From NCBI GenBank assembly GCA_002633005.1, contig NMRA01000962.1, positions 11,672 through 75,671 on the forward strand: a stretch of DNA of 64,000 bases, read 5' to 3'. The DNA comes from Phoronis australis (Eukaryota; Animalia; Phoronida). This document shows, piece by piece, positions 37,213-50,092 of the stretch. Made by a program: the position numbers and the translations under genes. Numbering within the stretch: the stretch's first letter is position 1; the number at the start of each line of letters is the position of its first letter. Below the pieces are notes generated by a model that was given only the letters and a program-made list of their open reading frames with translations, did no database searches and was not told the origin of the DNA.

Positions 37213-40200
37213 TTAAGTACTAGTCCAAGAGAGCGCCAGCCAGCTAGCGGCAAGGTGGGGGTCAGCCGATTTTCACCAAATTTGGCACATAGGTAGTCCT
37301 ATGATATCTATAAACAGCGGTAAAATATTTCCTCAAGATATTGCGTTTTTCCAAAGTTACAGGCTCAAACACATTTTACGGCTTCGCAACCATGTTTTCA
37401 CGGTATAAAAACTGTCCAGTTTTAACTCTTTATATTTTCCTTGAATAAAAGCTATTGATTTATTATTGACTTGGCATTGTTTAGTGATGCCTATAGATTG
37501 TTACACACAGATGTCTTGAAACACGATTACGATTTACCACCCTCATTTAGTAGTTTTACTACACTGCCCCCCGTTATGCCATTTTGAGGTTGTGTTCAGT
37601 ACACTGCTGTAACAAATCTGCCCCCACTGCTATGAGAATGAAACTTAGCCAAACTGTTGACAAAACATGTCACTTTCATTGCATAAAATAAAAACTTTGT
37701 CTGCCAGTTTATTAGTTATACATTTTGGCACCTCAAATGTACTAAAATGAGAAATTTTCATATGTCTGAGATCGATGCGTGAGCACCGTAAAATCCGATT
37801 GTCCTTCATGTTATTCGATATTTTGCAACAAGTTAGTTCCTCCTCAATGTTTTGAACGTTTTACTACTTACCACTTAGGGCTATAGTACCCCTAAATACC
37901 ATACATGGCTCCATTTTGTAAAAAGCCGATTATGTCCACCACAGTGAACAGGGTTAGACATGAACTCGACAAATGTAGGTTATTTTGATTTACAGTTGTA
38001 ATACCTTGCAATTTCTTCACACATATTAAAGTCAGATTTTCTGTTAATCAAATGTTCATACAATGCACTGTAATATCAAATGAATGATAAGTTTGGTGGC
38101 ATGACCGCAATTTTTCTCACGACTTGAAACAAAAGACCGCAGAAATTTTCCTGACGAAATACCGGGTTTGCAGTTCTCTAAAAACATTCGAATGACAAGA
38201 CAAACTCCACCACTGTCCGTGGCAACTCGTCGCATGTTTTTCGCCCATCGGTCCTATCACTGTTTTCCTTAGTTGTGTCATTGTTGGATATAACAACACA
38301 GGTCGCATGGATATAGAACCTTGCGTACATCAGACCGTTGCCGATAAGTGCTCGTCATTATATCTTTATTATAACAACGGGAACAATGAAGATGCTAATC
38401 TATTGTTCTATATGCGACCAGGTTTCCCGTGGATGACCACAGAAAAGGAATCCCAAAGTATCCACAAACAATGACCACGCACCTTAGTAACTATTACCGC
38501 GCACACGAATCCTTTCCGTGGAACCTAAACACCAAATTTTTATATCCGTGTATTGTGTTGTATTGCTCATGGTACGGGTTCAGACTCCGTTGTATTAAGA
38601 TTCCAATACCCAACCCTGTAATATGTAGTTTGAGTAAAATTTGTAGACAATGCAGGTTTATGGATTTATTTTCCGTTAAATGAAGAGTGAAAATCAAATT
38701 CTGCACAGGTTTTTTCAAAAGTGATCACTTATTGGAAGATCACACATCTAAAAAATAAAACAATGTTTGACAATATATTTGAAAATTGCCTACCTCACAG
38801 ACAATTCATATAAGTTGAAAATATTCCTTGTGAAAAAATATAAAATACCAACCAGAGACTTGTGTACTACAAAATATGTTTTCGTAATACAATGCAAAGA
38901 TAACTGTACAGTCAAAAGTGCACATGTTATGACTCTAATAAAAAATTGCCTTCTAGATCTTTTCAACACTCTCCAATTGCTACAGGACAGAGTCAACCAC
39001 ACAAAGCCCATAAAGTCAGGGAATTACATTTAAGGTGATGTAGTCTCACTGCCAAAAAAGTGATTTCGCAATGACAACACTGGAAATCTCTTCTTCACAA
39101 ACTTGAGGTAGCTGTATTTACCACATCAATGTTCTTATCAAAACTAACCACCACAAAATGAAAAATTGGCTTGTCGGTTCCAATTAGGCAGCATTTTACA
39201 ATGAAATGGTCATGAAAAAAACTTTTTTGCAACATGGTTTGCATTACAATTGCCCTACGATTACGGTTGTACATACATACTAGACCAGTAACAAAATTAC
39301 CCATGGGAACCATAAAATGGTCAATTTGCCAAAAAAACAAGGAGCCAACAGAGCTAATGTGCCAATACTTTTCAGTACTGCAACAAAAAATCATTTGAAG
39401 TAGACATAAACTCGCCTAAAATCACATAAAACAACTTTTGATTTAGACATTTTACCATCATAAAATAGGTATTACTTCCAGGTCACTTTTGAGCAATTTC
39501 AGAACTATGAAAGATCTGGCAATATGCAATTGCTAGAGACCAGTCAAATAGTGTGTGATTTTATACACACAGCATGGTCTCAAGAAAATAGCAAACTGTA
39601 AATTCGCTACAATTCCAGAAATCACTTCCCATCTGGATAAGGAACAAACTGAGCAAAGTTTATAGAGGTAAATGGTCTAAATCAAAACTTATTACCTCAT
39701 GGACAGAAGGTTTACAACCCAGGCAGAAAGATAAGTTAACAAAACCAGCCTAACTGCAACAGTGGCTCAAATTTCAGCAATATATACCCATTTACAAACA
39801 AAAATCTATAATGGTAAATAAAATGCGGAAACATAAATTCAGATCAATTACGCATCTTCAAGGAAAAGGAACAGTACCGTGGTCAGAAATCATCTAAATG
39901 TGATGGCCACACTGAGAAAACCTGTCAGACCAAAAAATCCCGTGGCTAAACAAAATGAACAATGTACCATTACCATGTGGCCAAGGATCATGATCCGTGA
40001 ATGGACAAAAAGTCAGTCTAGGTAAATTTTAGATTTGTGCTGTTCACACAAGCAGTTCTGGTGCAAACAAAGCTTGACACAACATACAATCCTACTTGTG
40101 GTATAAGCCAGTAATCTTTAGCAAATACTTTTTCCCCGACTCATTCCTCAAGCTACAAATTCTCTTTGACATATCTTCTGGGAGTAGACTTTTCGGCCTC

Positions 40201-41219
40201 TCTCTAGTCCCCTCACTTAGTTGTCCAGAAGGGTACGTTCTTGCTGGTTGTGAACTTTTCCATACCCAACCTTTACCAATAATCGGCAGGTCTCCAACTT
40301 CAGCAGAAACCACTTCTTCAGCATAAGCCTTTCCTGATTCCTAAAATTGTATTAATGAAAAAATTAAACATATTAAATTTAATGTGGCCATTTCGGTTCA
40401 GAAAATATGAATACCAAGCTAAAGTGAAGGCACCAATATTTTTGACAGCTTTAGCATGTTTAATTAAGTTCATAATCGCAGAAATTCATTGGCAGACATA
40501 ACATACACCCTACTCTCTAAAAGTAGTTCATGGGCAGAAGTCATGTTACACATTTGGTGGTTGTTATGAAAAGTTATGATGACTACCTATTCTGTATGCC
40601 AAGGTATACATGTAGTTGTATAAACATCAACGCATTTGAATAAGATATGATTAAGCAATAAGGCCCAAGTTATAAGCAATCACGGTGTGTCAATAAAAGT
40701 ATTTTTGCATGAATGACGTGCTTCTAAATATTCCTCAGGGTCTGACCCTGGAGTTTAGTGATTCCTACCTGAGCTCACACGAAGCAGGACGTTGAACCTT
40801 GACTTAACGTCTTTGGTCATTTTTCAGACCTCTAATCAGATTTCTCCTCTAGTGTGCATTGGATGTACTCAGTGTCTTTGGCGACGCCAATATATCTCGA
40901 GTCTTGTAACGATAATTCGGGCAAGTGAATCTAATACGGTAGATTATGTAGCTCCTGCTGCACAGCTGCCTCCGAGGCAGACACTGAGACAGTCTACTTC
41001 TCAGGAGGACACGTTCCACCTCCACATCAGCTCCACTTACTCTTTTAGGGGCTCAAATGTCTCGCTCTTTTCCTTGTGCATTTCCCAAGAGTTTCCAAAT
41101 TTGTTTCTCACCGCAATTTGTAGAAATACCACATTCGATGCGACTGGCAGTGCCAGATAAATAGATGAATTCGCAAACCCGCAATTTCGTATTTTAGTGG
41201 GACATTCTAGTGTCCTTAA
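37213..41219 (+). mobile_element. ~4-kb TTAA-ended interspersed element (longer copy of 1451-4227), possibly Kolobok-related
   Basis: 37213-39982 is the inverted copy of 1453-4227, and the left end TTAA-GTACTAGTCC is shared. The right end at CTAGTGTCC-TTAA (41216-41219) is only a candidate. Confidence 0.6.
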
Positions 41220-42049
41220 AATTAATTAAAAACATTTTAGCAAACCAATTCTTTTAATAGTTGTATTATACCACGGCATATTAATGCGTAGAAGCGGCGC
41301 ACAACTAGTGACTGGTTTAACATGACAAATACACATACGCGGTCTGAAAATAGTGAAATTCAGACACCTATTACCAAACCTGCCTGAACGGATGACAAAG
41401 TTTTCATTAAATTAATTTCAAAGGCATTGAGTCTTCTACATGTCCATGTTATTATTCTTAGTTTTCTCGCAGGGGCAGGTTCGCTGTAAGGGTACAACTT
41501 ACTGCTGGTTTTTCACAAGAAGGAAATGTACCTCCACGGAAACAGTTCCAGTGTTACCATGGTAACCGATATTTCAGTGTCGGTGCCGTTTTTACTGACA
41601 TTGGTCATGAACCTATCATGTGATATCGAAATTGTTCAGAAACGATTCGGTTTGAAGCACAAACTGGAGTAGAAAATTTGGTCAAAAATGACTCATTCCA
41701 CATCAAGAAATTGCCTCATTTTGCCCCCCGGAACACTTCCCTTGTATCTCCTACACCACCAAACTTTGTGGTGTCATACTTCACCCAATTTCTCTCATCC
41801 GTAATGTGATTTATCAGACTAAACATGGATCTGAATGGCTGACCCCCCACCTTGCCGCTTGTTGGCTGTACAGTGGTCGGTGGATTCGTGGACTGATACT
41901 TAAGTACCGAGCTTTCTTGCACTGAGAAATACCCGAATGTTCACATTATTAGGGAAAAGTAAGTCTAGACCTAATTAAAACTTTGATCAGAGAAGAAAGT
42001 CTTCTCTTGTCAATCAGTGTCAATGGTGCACAGCCTTGCAGATTTCATA

Positions 42050-42815
42050 GGTTCACTATTCCGAAGGTTCGCTATCTTCAAAAGTTCACTACTTCGAATG
42101 TCTACAACTTCGAAACCAGAGTTCCGACTGTTCATTACTCTGAGTCGGAACTGACATGAATAAAGTATTGTATTTGTGCCCATTTACTACCCGGTTAAGG
42201 GTGTGCAAGAATTGAATATTTCCTAAAACATTAATTACATTGTTTACAAAGAGCTCAGTTCCAATCACTGCCAATCGGGATTCTTGAATCTTACTTCATG
42301 TAAAGACTCATTTTCCGGGTCCGGGCTGCGGCGACCAACGGCGATTTTAAATTTAAGAGGATTGAATGAGACATTCGTGAAGACTGGCAGGGATTGGGTA
42401 AACTACTAACTACATTTAGTTTCGACCCGGCCTTGCGAGTAATTCCAATTTGAGGCGCAGCGGTCATAAACTTTTCAGTCGCGCTGTGAAGTAATGCGAT
42501 CTTGACATGGATTTGATGAATGTATCATGGTTGTTAATTCATCAATAATTCTACTTCATATTCTTTAAGAAATGCAAGTACGTACTCATTTCTCTGTATT
42601 TGTAAGACACGTCAGAAAGTTTGTACGCGCATGAAATCCAAACAAAGTGATTTATTACCCGGGTGTTGTTTTCGGTATGGCTGCATCTAACAACCGAACG
42701 GTCGTTTATTTTTGCATGTTAAAGTATAACAATTACACTTGAGTCCAAAATTTTAGATATTTTTAGAGTAGTGAACCTTCGGAGTAGTGAACCTTCGGAA
42801 TAGTGGGCTGTTCAC
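42050..42815. mobile_element. MITE whose TIRs are built from 16-bp subrepeats
   Basis: Left GGTTCACTATTCCGAA-GGTTCGCTAT...-AGTTCACTACTTCGAA. Right (AGTAGTGAACCTTCGG)x2-AATAGTG in inverted orientation. Confidence 0.7.
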
Positions 42816-42994
42816 ATTTCCAGCGATGTAATCAACTTAAGTAACACGCAAAAATACAATCAGATGAAAAATTACGTCAAGTCATTCTCCGCCTAAATAT
42901 GTCCGTCCGAGTATGTATTGAGGTGTAATCTCTCATGCCTGATTTGAAAGTTTGGCAGGAGGTAATGCGAGAATATTCTATATGTAGATCACAT

Positions 42995-43153
42995 TGTTGT
43001 GTTGTGTATTTTCAATAAAATACAAGAGACTCTGGTAGCCATAGCTCAGCCATTTATTGGGTGAACACTAGAGAGAGCATTGTGTGCAGCGCCCTCCTAC
43101 ATCACATATATGAACTACCAAGCTACATACATATGAAGTGATATCCTATAACA
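42995..43153 (-). mobile_element. 3' LTR (159 bp) of a Gypsy element
   Basis: Minus strand TGTTAT...ACAACA termini with an internal AATAAA. It is immediately preceded by the polypurine tract GAAAGCGAGGGA (43154-43165), downstream of the integrase. Confidence 0.75.
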
Positions 43154-43367
43154 TCCCTCGCTTTCACAAAAGTTTATAACATGTGACTATAGGATGAATG
43201 TACACATCACTACGGTGATTAATTGACATATATATATACGTTCAAAATGAGCTCTAACTAATTCTATTTTAAACAATATGTTTACTAACACTGCAAATGT
43301 ATATAGGCGTGTAATGCTGAACATGTTATATCTGGTGAATGTTACATGCCTCTACTGTACTAGTAGC

Positions 43368-44280
43368 CTAAATCTCTTCAATTAGTCTACTGGGCTTCGT
43401 GCTAGTTCTACAGGACTGTCTAATAGTGGGTTGGACATTCGACGAGGGTACCTCTCGTTCGACATTTTCTGTAAACCTAACATGCTTTGAGGTGGTTTGA
43501 CTGGTTTCATTGCGCATGTCCTGATTAACAGATTCACTGAGGTGTAATTTCTTGGCAGCTTCTGGACTGAGTTCTTGTAAGAACCTGCGGTTCCTGCGAA
43601 CAATGCTGCCATTGGGTGTCAACACCAAATAAGATCTGGGCTCTTTGCACTTATTTGTTATTGTGCCTGGGACCCAACTCGTTTTATCATCTTTTTGGAC
43701 CAGTACCTTCATACCTGGGAGCAATTCAGACATTTCAGAGAATTGTATCTATTAGCTGACTCTGAACTTAGGTACTTCATTCTGTCTCTTACATCAAGCC
43801 AACTATCTTTGAAGTCTGACTTGACTGGAAGATTTGACCTGATTTTTCTACCAAACAATAGTTCAGCTGGGCTCGGAAATGTCAACAGGTGTCGCCCTGA
43901 GACACAATAAAGCTGTCTGAGGATCCGTGCCGGATTCCCGTGCCTTATTGAGCACAGGCTTAATAACAACGACCATGCGTTCGATAAAACCATTGGTCTG
44001 TGGATACCTGGGGCTACTTGTGATATGTTCCAATTCCCACTTAAGAGCAAAATTCCTAAATTCTGCTGAAGCATATTGTGGTCCATTATCTGAGTACATT
44101 ATTTTGGGTATGCCGTGAACAGCAAAGAGGTCTTTGCAAAACTTAATGGCTTCTCTGGCTGACTCATCTTTCACAGCTCTTACAAATGGCATTTTACTGA
44201 ACTGATCCACTAACAGTATGTACTTATCACCAGCTATCAACTGGAAGTAGTCACTGTGGAGTACTTCCCATGGTTCTAGA
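43368..44280 (-). pseudogene. Ty3/Gypsy integrase (DDE core plus C-terminal domain), frameshifted
   Basis: PWEVLHSDYF, LVDQFSK, HGIPKIMYSDNGPQY, SSPRYPQTNGFIER, SPAELLFGRKIRS, WVPGTI...PRSYLV...RRNRRFL. Confidence 0.92.
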
Positions 44281-44500
44281 AATTGGAACCAACCCCGGGC
44301 AATGCTGGCTACGGACCTGACTAACTTAAAGGAGAATGCCGCCCTATTTAATTAATCTTTTTACCGTCTTAATCGGTCTACATCCACATCGCCTCTTATA
44401 CGGTCGACCTCACCTTGCCGAGAGGTGACGCGTTAACCTGTGAGGAAGGTGAGAAACGACGTAGCGACGTCAGTGGTTCGTCAGCAGAGTGAATGCCGCT

Positions 44501-44733
44501 ATGGTGTGGTGCATCGTTCCCGCTTGTCCGAATTATGAAGCTGTGAAGAAAGCGGGTATATCATTTCTCGACTTCCTCCAGAGCCCGAAATGCTCAGGAA
44601 GTGGCTCGCCGTATTGAAGAATGAAAGGTACGCTGTTAATAGTTAGTATGAGGTCGTGAAACATCTCCGTGTCTGTGGCTGGCATTTCGTCGACAGTGAT
44701 TTCTCTGACGAATTCCGGCTTACCAAAGAACTA
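44501..44733 (+). pseudogene. Degenerate THAP domain (transposase N-terminus)
   Basis: MVWCIVPACPNY...GISF / (1-nt deletion) RLPPEPEMLRKWLAVLKNE...LRVCGWHFVDSDF. C2CH ligands, the conserved P and W, and CxxHF are present. One frameshift and one stop. Confidence 0.85.
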
Positions 44734-45437
44734 TCCATACGTTCCGTTGCCTGTGCATGTTCACGGCACCTCTCTAGTATTTCTTGATCGGTATATTCCG
44801 GTCCGATTTGATAGCCTGTGAAACCTTACGATTCGACCCGTGAAGTCTTCGACGGATGACTCTTGACTAAGTCGGAATAGGCGCCGGGCGAGTTGCCAAG
44901 TAGACGCTTACTTTGCGTTCTGTTTCAAAATGAATTATTCCCACCCCTCTACAATAGGCCTACTTATATAAAACTGAAACAAAGTCTGTCTCATTAGATA
45001 CAATTTATAATGCCTGTGCAGTATTTGTGAGTGCAAATGTTGAGAAGCCGGCAATGGCCACTGTGTTACCGGCTTTTGATTCCGGCAATTAAGGTAACTG
45101 ACCGGGCACCGAGGCCATGTGAGCACATGCTAGTACAGTGTTTGCTGATAGAAAGCTGTTGTGAAACAATTGCTCGATTTTATATGCTATCGTAGCATGT
45201 TAGGGGAATCTTTACTTAGAAATACAAATACATTATTCAAATCATTGTTACTGTACAACCTTTGCCCGTACGGTCTGTGGAAGGGGAACCGACTTAGCGG
45301 CCCCCGACAAGTAAGTAGATTTTCGGTTTCGTGGCTAATTCACATATTATTACGTTCACATTATTTCTTTGGCTCACTATTATAGTCTTTTCGTGATTGG
45401 AAGTTTAGTTTCCAACTCAAGCTGGTTTATGTTGTGC

Positions 45438-45548
45438 CAGTCCCGGCGGCCGCGACGGGCCTGATCGGGTTCCGAGCCACTGGCCGGGATAACGAGTCAG
45501 TCCGGCCGCGACGGGCCTGTTCGGGTTCCGAGCCACTGGCCGCGATAA
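45438..45548. repeat. Two GC-rich tandem units inside the Kolobok element
   Basis: CGGCCGCGACGGGCCTG(A/T)TCGGGTTCCGAGCCACTGGCCG(G/C)GATAA occurs twice. Confidence 0.85.
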
Positions 45549-47935
45549 GCATTCTGTGTGTTCAGAACCCAAACAATCAAAAAACACAGATCTAGGTTCT
45601 CTTGTCGTTATTTCAAGGAAGAATACTTCGAATTTATCTCCGAACAGATCCCAAACTCCTACTACGGACCTTGGTAAATTGGCCTGCTGAATTTTGTAGG
45701 CTACGGTGTGTCCAAAAACCAATAAATCCGTAATAGCGAAATAAAACAGCACGTTTTTATAAGAACTCTGGACGTTTTTAAGGGTTTTACATCGTAGTTT
45801 CATCGTTCATTGGTGTTAAACGATGAATTCACCAGCAACCCGTGTTGTGAACTGCTGACAGACTCCGCGTGAAACCAATGACGTCATTGGATTTTTTCAA
45901 CACCTCCGTCTGCCATCAGTTGTCAGGTAACACAACTAAATTGATGCAAAATAGGTTGTTTTTGGGTGGCATTCTCCTTTAAAGCTTTGTATGAAACCTG
46001 CAGTCGATGAGGCATCAATGCATGTGTTTTCACGCTGTTCTATAGTTAGATTGAAATCTTAGCATTAGTTTATGTCAGGTCGTTCTGCAATTCGATCTTA
46101 ATGTAGTAACACTGTCCTCGGTCTCATTAGGCCCGGTACAGGGTATTTTTTCTTAGTGTCGTCGTTTTTGCTCTCGTACGCGGTGAACTACATGTATTAT
46201 CCATGTGCCCGGTTTTCATAGATGAACATTTGCCCCTATAACTTGGTTCATAATTTCAAATTCGGTGTCTGTTCCGAAAGCTGAAAGTTTTTATAGTAAA
46301 GTGATATTTGAATTTGGACAAGGGACGTAAACAACACGGTTAAGTCTAGCCAACCCTTTCCATTTCCCAAGTCTAACGTTGTTGTTTTTTGTGATAGTAG
46401 CTTTTCGCCCGGTTTGCAACTATAACTATTCAAAAACGACACTCACCCTTCTACACTGGTCTGACCCGAATTGCCACGCATAGAAATTTTGGTATGTTGC
46501 CCACTGGCAAAGAACGTTTTCGTTTTCCTTGACGCGTTACGATTCTTATTTTATATGATTTTATTTTCCAAGCATCATGGTGAAAAATCTCTGTGTCGAT
46601 GCTCCGCGTTTTTGTCACCTACGTACCTAGTTTTTGTCGGCCATTTACAGGTTATGGTTCCCAGTTGACAGTTTCTAGACTTTAATTTTCCAGTTTGATA
46701 ACACTGATCCATACGAACTATCCCATTTTAAAATGAAATATGAAATTGTGAACGGCGTTAACAACTTCCCAAGACACAACATTGGTTACGAACTTAGAGA
46801 ATGTGAGAACATTTTCTGAAACTTCATAGGAGTGCTCTTCTTAGAAGCTCTTAAATGTAGTTGAAGAGGCTTTTGTGAAGCTTGTCCGTGTATAGTGATG
46901 TTCGTGTGATGAGACTGTGACAAGTGCCTGGGGAAAAGGAAATGCACAATCGTGCAGCTTGGATTTGAATCCATGGGAAAATCTGTGAGAAGATCAGGCG
47001 TTTCGCAAGAGAAAGTACGGATATCGGACTCATGGACAATATATTTTCTCATCAGTCGAGGAATTAGATGATTTTAGTATTTTTGTGTATTTTGTTATTG
47101 GTCGTGGAACTGGAACATTTTGCAAAGGACATGTTTTCTTGCAGTAACATTCACCTTTCACATGGTGTTCGTGGTAACGTTTGGACTTAGATCTGAATTG
47201 CAAGGTGCAAATCATTGCTCTCCAGTCAACAAATTTATACTGTATCTTACGACCTAATCTTGGTTCTGGAAACCTCATTCTTTTTTGAAGAAATACGTTT
47301 CTCATGAAACATTTGCTTTTCCGTGAGTCTACAAAGGTAGAGCATTATTGTTGCAGTAAGCGTCGAAAAGTCAATGTTCGATAAAAAAATATCGTGAAGT
47401 TGACTAAGAAAACCAAAGTTAAATCTGAAACACGCAAGCGTATTACCAAACTCATGACAGTCTTAAAAACTCACCATGCAGTTGCAAGTTTACGTGTGGA
47501 TACGGATCCTGGCGTCCGGTGAAACAAGTTGTTCAATGTATCGACATTTATAGAATTGATGCGTAAGCGAATATAAAAGACTTTCGTTCAGTAGTAAGCT
47601 ATGCCGTCAATGTCCCATCTATGGTTCCACTGAAGCGAGATCCATTCAATACCAAGGACTTCTTTGCAATACTGTTCACATTCTCAGTTCAACGTTTTAA
47701 AGCTTCCGTGAGAACTTGCTTGGTTAACTCCGTAATTCTCAGTGAATGCTGATTCATTGCTTGTCGTCTGCGACCGCGTAAAATGAATAAGTCTCAAGTT
47801 GTGATCGATGTTTAAACACGCGAGGCACGAATGGCGGGCAACTTAGCTGAAACAAAGAGGTCTCTGCACGAGATGGTATACCCAGGGCTTGCGGTGGCTG
47901 TAAAAGTACGGCATGGCAACTTTTTTCTCCGTTGC

Positions 47936-48205
47936 TAATTCTATCGATAGACGTAATATCTTTATCGATAGACTAAGTAACTCTATCCATCTCTATCGAT
48001 AGACTTGTTAACTCAATCGACAGACTTACTATCTCTATCGATAGAGTTACTATCTTTATCGATAGAGTTATTAACTCTAACCATAGACTTACTATCCATA
48101 TCCATAGACTATCTAAAGACTTACTAACTCTATCTATAGACTTACACTGTACTAACTCTGTCGATAGACTTACTAACTGTATCGATTTACTTACTATCTC
48201 TATCG
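47936..48205 (+). repeat. 21-bp minisatellite with palindromic core CTATCGATAG
   Basis: About 12 degenerate copies of TCTATCGATAGACTTACTA(A/T)C. Confidence 0.9.
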
Positions 48206-48761
48206 TTTTTGAAGTCTTCTCTCATGACAAGTTCCTATCACCAGAGCCTTTTAATTTAATTTTGATTTGTCAATTGCCAGTTATTCATTGTGTTTTATCC
48301 CGTTCTCCCTTGAGGTCTTATAATAAATAATTGCTCATAACGAGGTCAAACAGTTAGTTCCGATGCTACACTGTGTGTTTATACAGGTGTGCTGTACATA
48401 AAATAGTTGCAGTGAAACTTAAAAAGTATTTATTGAATAGTTATTTAGAAAAAATAAATCTCTTAAATCCAGTAACTCCATATCACTATAACCACAAGTC
48501 TCATAAATTATCAATACTGTGGTACTGGCAACTGTGTACAACCTGATTGCACCTGTGATAAACACGCGGTTAAAACATGGCACTTCGAATCAAGGGTCGG
48601 CACACCTTCGAAAATGGAAGCTGTTGTCGATGGGTCTAACTTTCGGAAGTAACGAATTGTTGACTCTTAAAAACCATCTCACACGTATGTGTATCTTGCT
48701 TATAGTTACGCCACACTCTGTATGTACTTTGTATATACATGTATAACACAAGAATTCATAT

Positions 48762-49458
48762 ATACACAAACGTACCGAAAGTGGCTTGAGAAATTATTCC
48801 GAATAAGGTCGAGTGGGATATTAGTTCATGTACGCCAATCGAGGTACGTTTTGTATTTATCCCATGCGCTTCGAATCCTTAAGTTTCTTACATTTTTTCG
48901 GCAGATGTTTCAAATACTTCACCCAGACTGTTCACATGGAGGATCACATCCTATATGTAAGTACTTGCGCGTTAGGTTGCAAGTTTTCTCTTGTAAAAGA
49001 AAAAGTTTTAAAAGTAATGACTTATTTCTTGAAAAGAGGTAGCAAAGGTGAAAACAACGGCAACTGTGCACTGAACTTGTAACATCTCCTGAAAATAGTT
49101 AAAAAACAACAATATTTGATATTTTAGATTCCTAGGAATCGGCGCCTGAGTTGCAGACGATATAGTATTCAGCAACTGAAAACTGAGACCTAAGTGTCTT
49201 AAAATTAACAGTTTTGTTCCAGACTTTACGTTTAGGGCCTGGTTGCTTGTCGAGTGTTAGAAACACTGCTGCAACTGCATTATTTTAAACAATATTCGGA
49301 AAGTTTGATGACCGAACTGGCTGGCGACGTCTAGTCGACAATGACCTACCTTTTGAACTTTCCATGTCAGAGATCGCTGTTGAAGTAGTTCGGGGGTGAA
49401 TACGGAAAACTTTATTACATGGCCGTATTTCCCTCGACAGATTCAACGCGTATGGGAT
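48762..49458 (+). repeat. Interspersed repeat; copy of 19018-19740
   Basis: Aligns with the reverse complement of 19018-19740. Confidence 0.85.
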
Positions 49459-49966
49459 AAATGCCAATTCCAATTTTGTTGAAACATAAAAGAACGATTT
49501 AAATGGATCTCACGCCTACCTTGCTTATAGTTGCCGCCACACTCTGTATGTACTTTGAACTAAACAATTCTTGTATTTGCAACACAACAAATCAACTTAT
49601 ACATTACAAAAACTTGTCCTCTTCTCAATTAAAAGCTATTTTAACAGTTCAGCAGTCTGTTCGGTGCATACAGATGAGTTCTTCAGCCACAGAAAAGGCC
49701 AACTTGAAAGTAACAGTGCAGTGATCTAAGAACCATGGTTTTAGACAATGTTGCAAACGCATTAACAATGACGGACTCTGAAAACTAGCTCAGGTTTATC
49801 TTGTTTACCCAGATACTGACAAACCCAGAACGAACTTTTGAACCATAGAATTGCAAGGTATAAAAATTCATACAAGATCACTCAACTGTTTAAATAACCG
49901 TTAGGCCTGTCGCTGTGGCTGCGTGGTGGGTCATGATACATCGCAGCAGTCCTCAACAGGCACATC

Positions 49967-50092
49967 GGTAGAGTTACTAAGTCTATCGATAGAAATATTA
50001 AGTCTATCGATAGAGTTACTAAGTCTATCGATAGAAATCGTAAGTCTATCGATAGAGATAGTAAGTCTATCGATATAGTTAGTAAGTCTATA
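49967..50092 (-). repeat. Same 21-bp CTATCGATAG minisatellite in the opposite orientation
   Basis: About 6 copies of TAAGTCTATCGATAGAGTTA(C/G). Confidence 0.9.

Larger units (their letters stand above)
44330..45978 (+). mobile_element. Non-autonomous Kolobok DNA transposon (1649 bp)
   Basis: TTAA TSD at 44326-44329 and 45979-45982. 15-bp TIR AGGAGAATGCCGCCC / GGGTGGCATTCTCCT with one mismatch. An internal THAP relic is consistent with Kolobok transposases. Confidence 0.85.

Noticed and set aside
46786-47900. Degenerate transposase or Mab-21-like gene suggested by clustered minus-strand ORFs
   Set aside because: No diagnostic motif could be assembled by eye; it needs frameshift-aware BLASTx.
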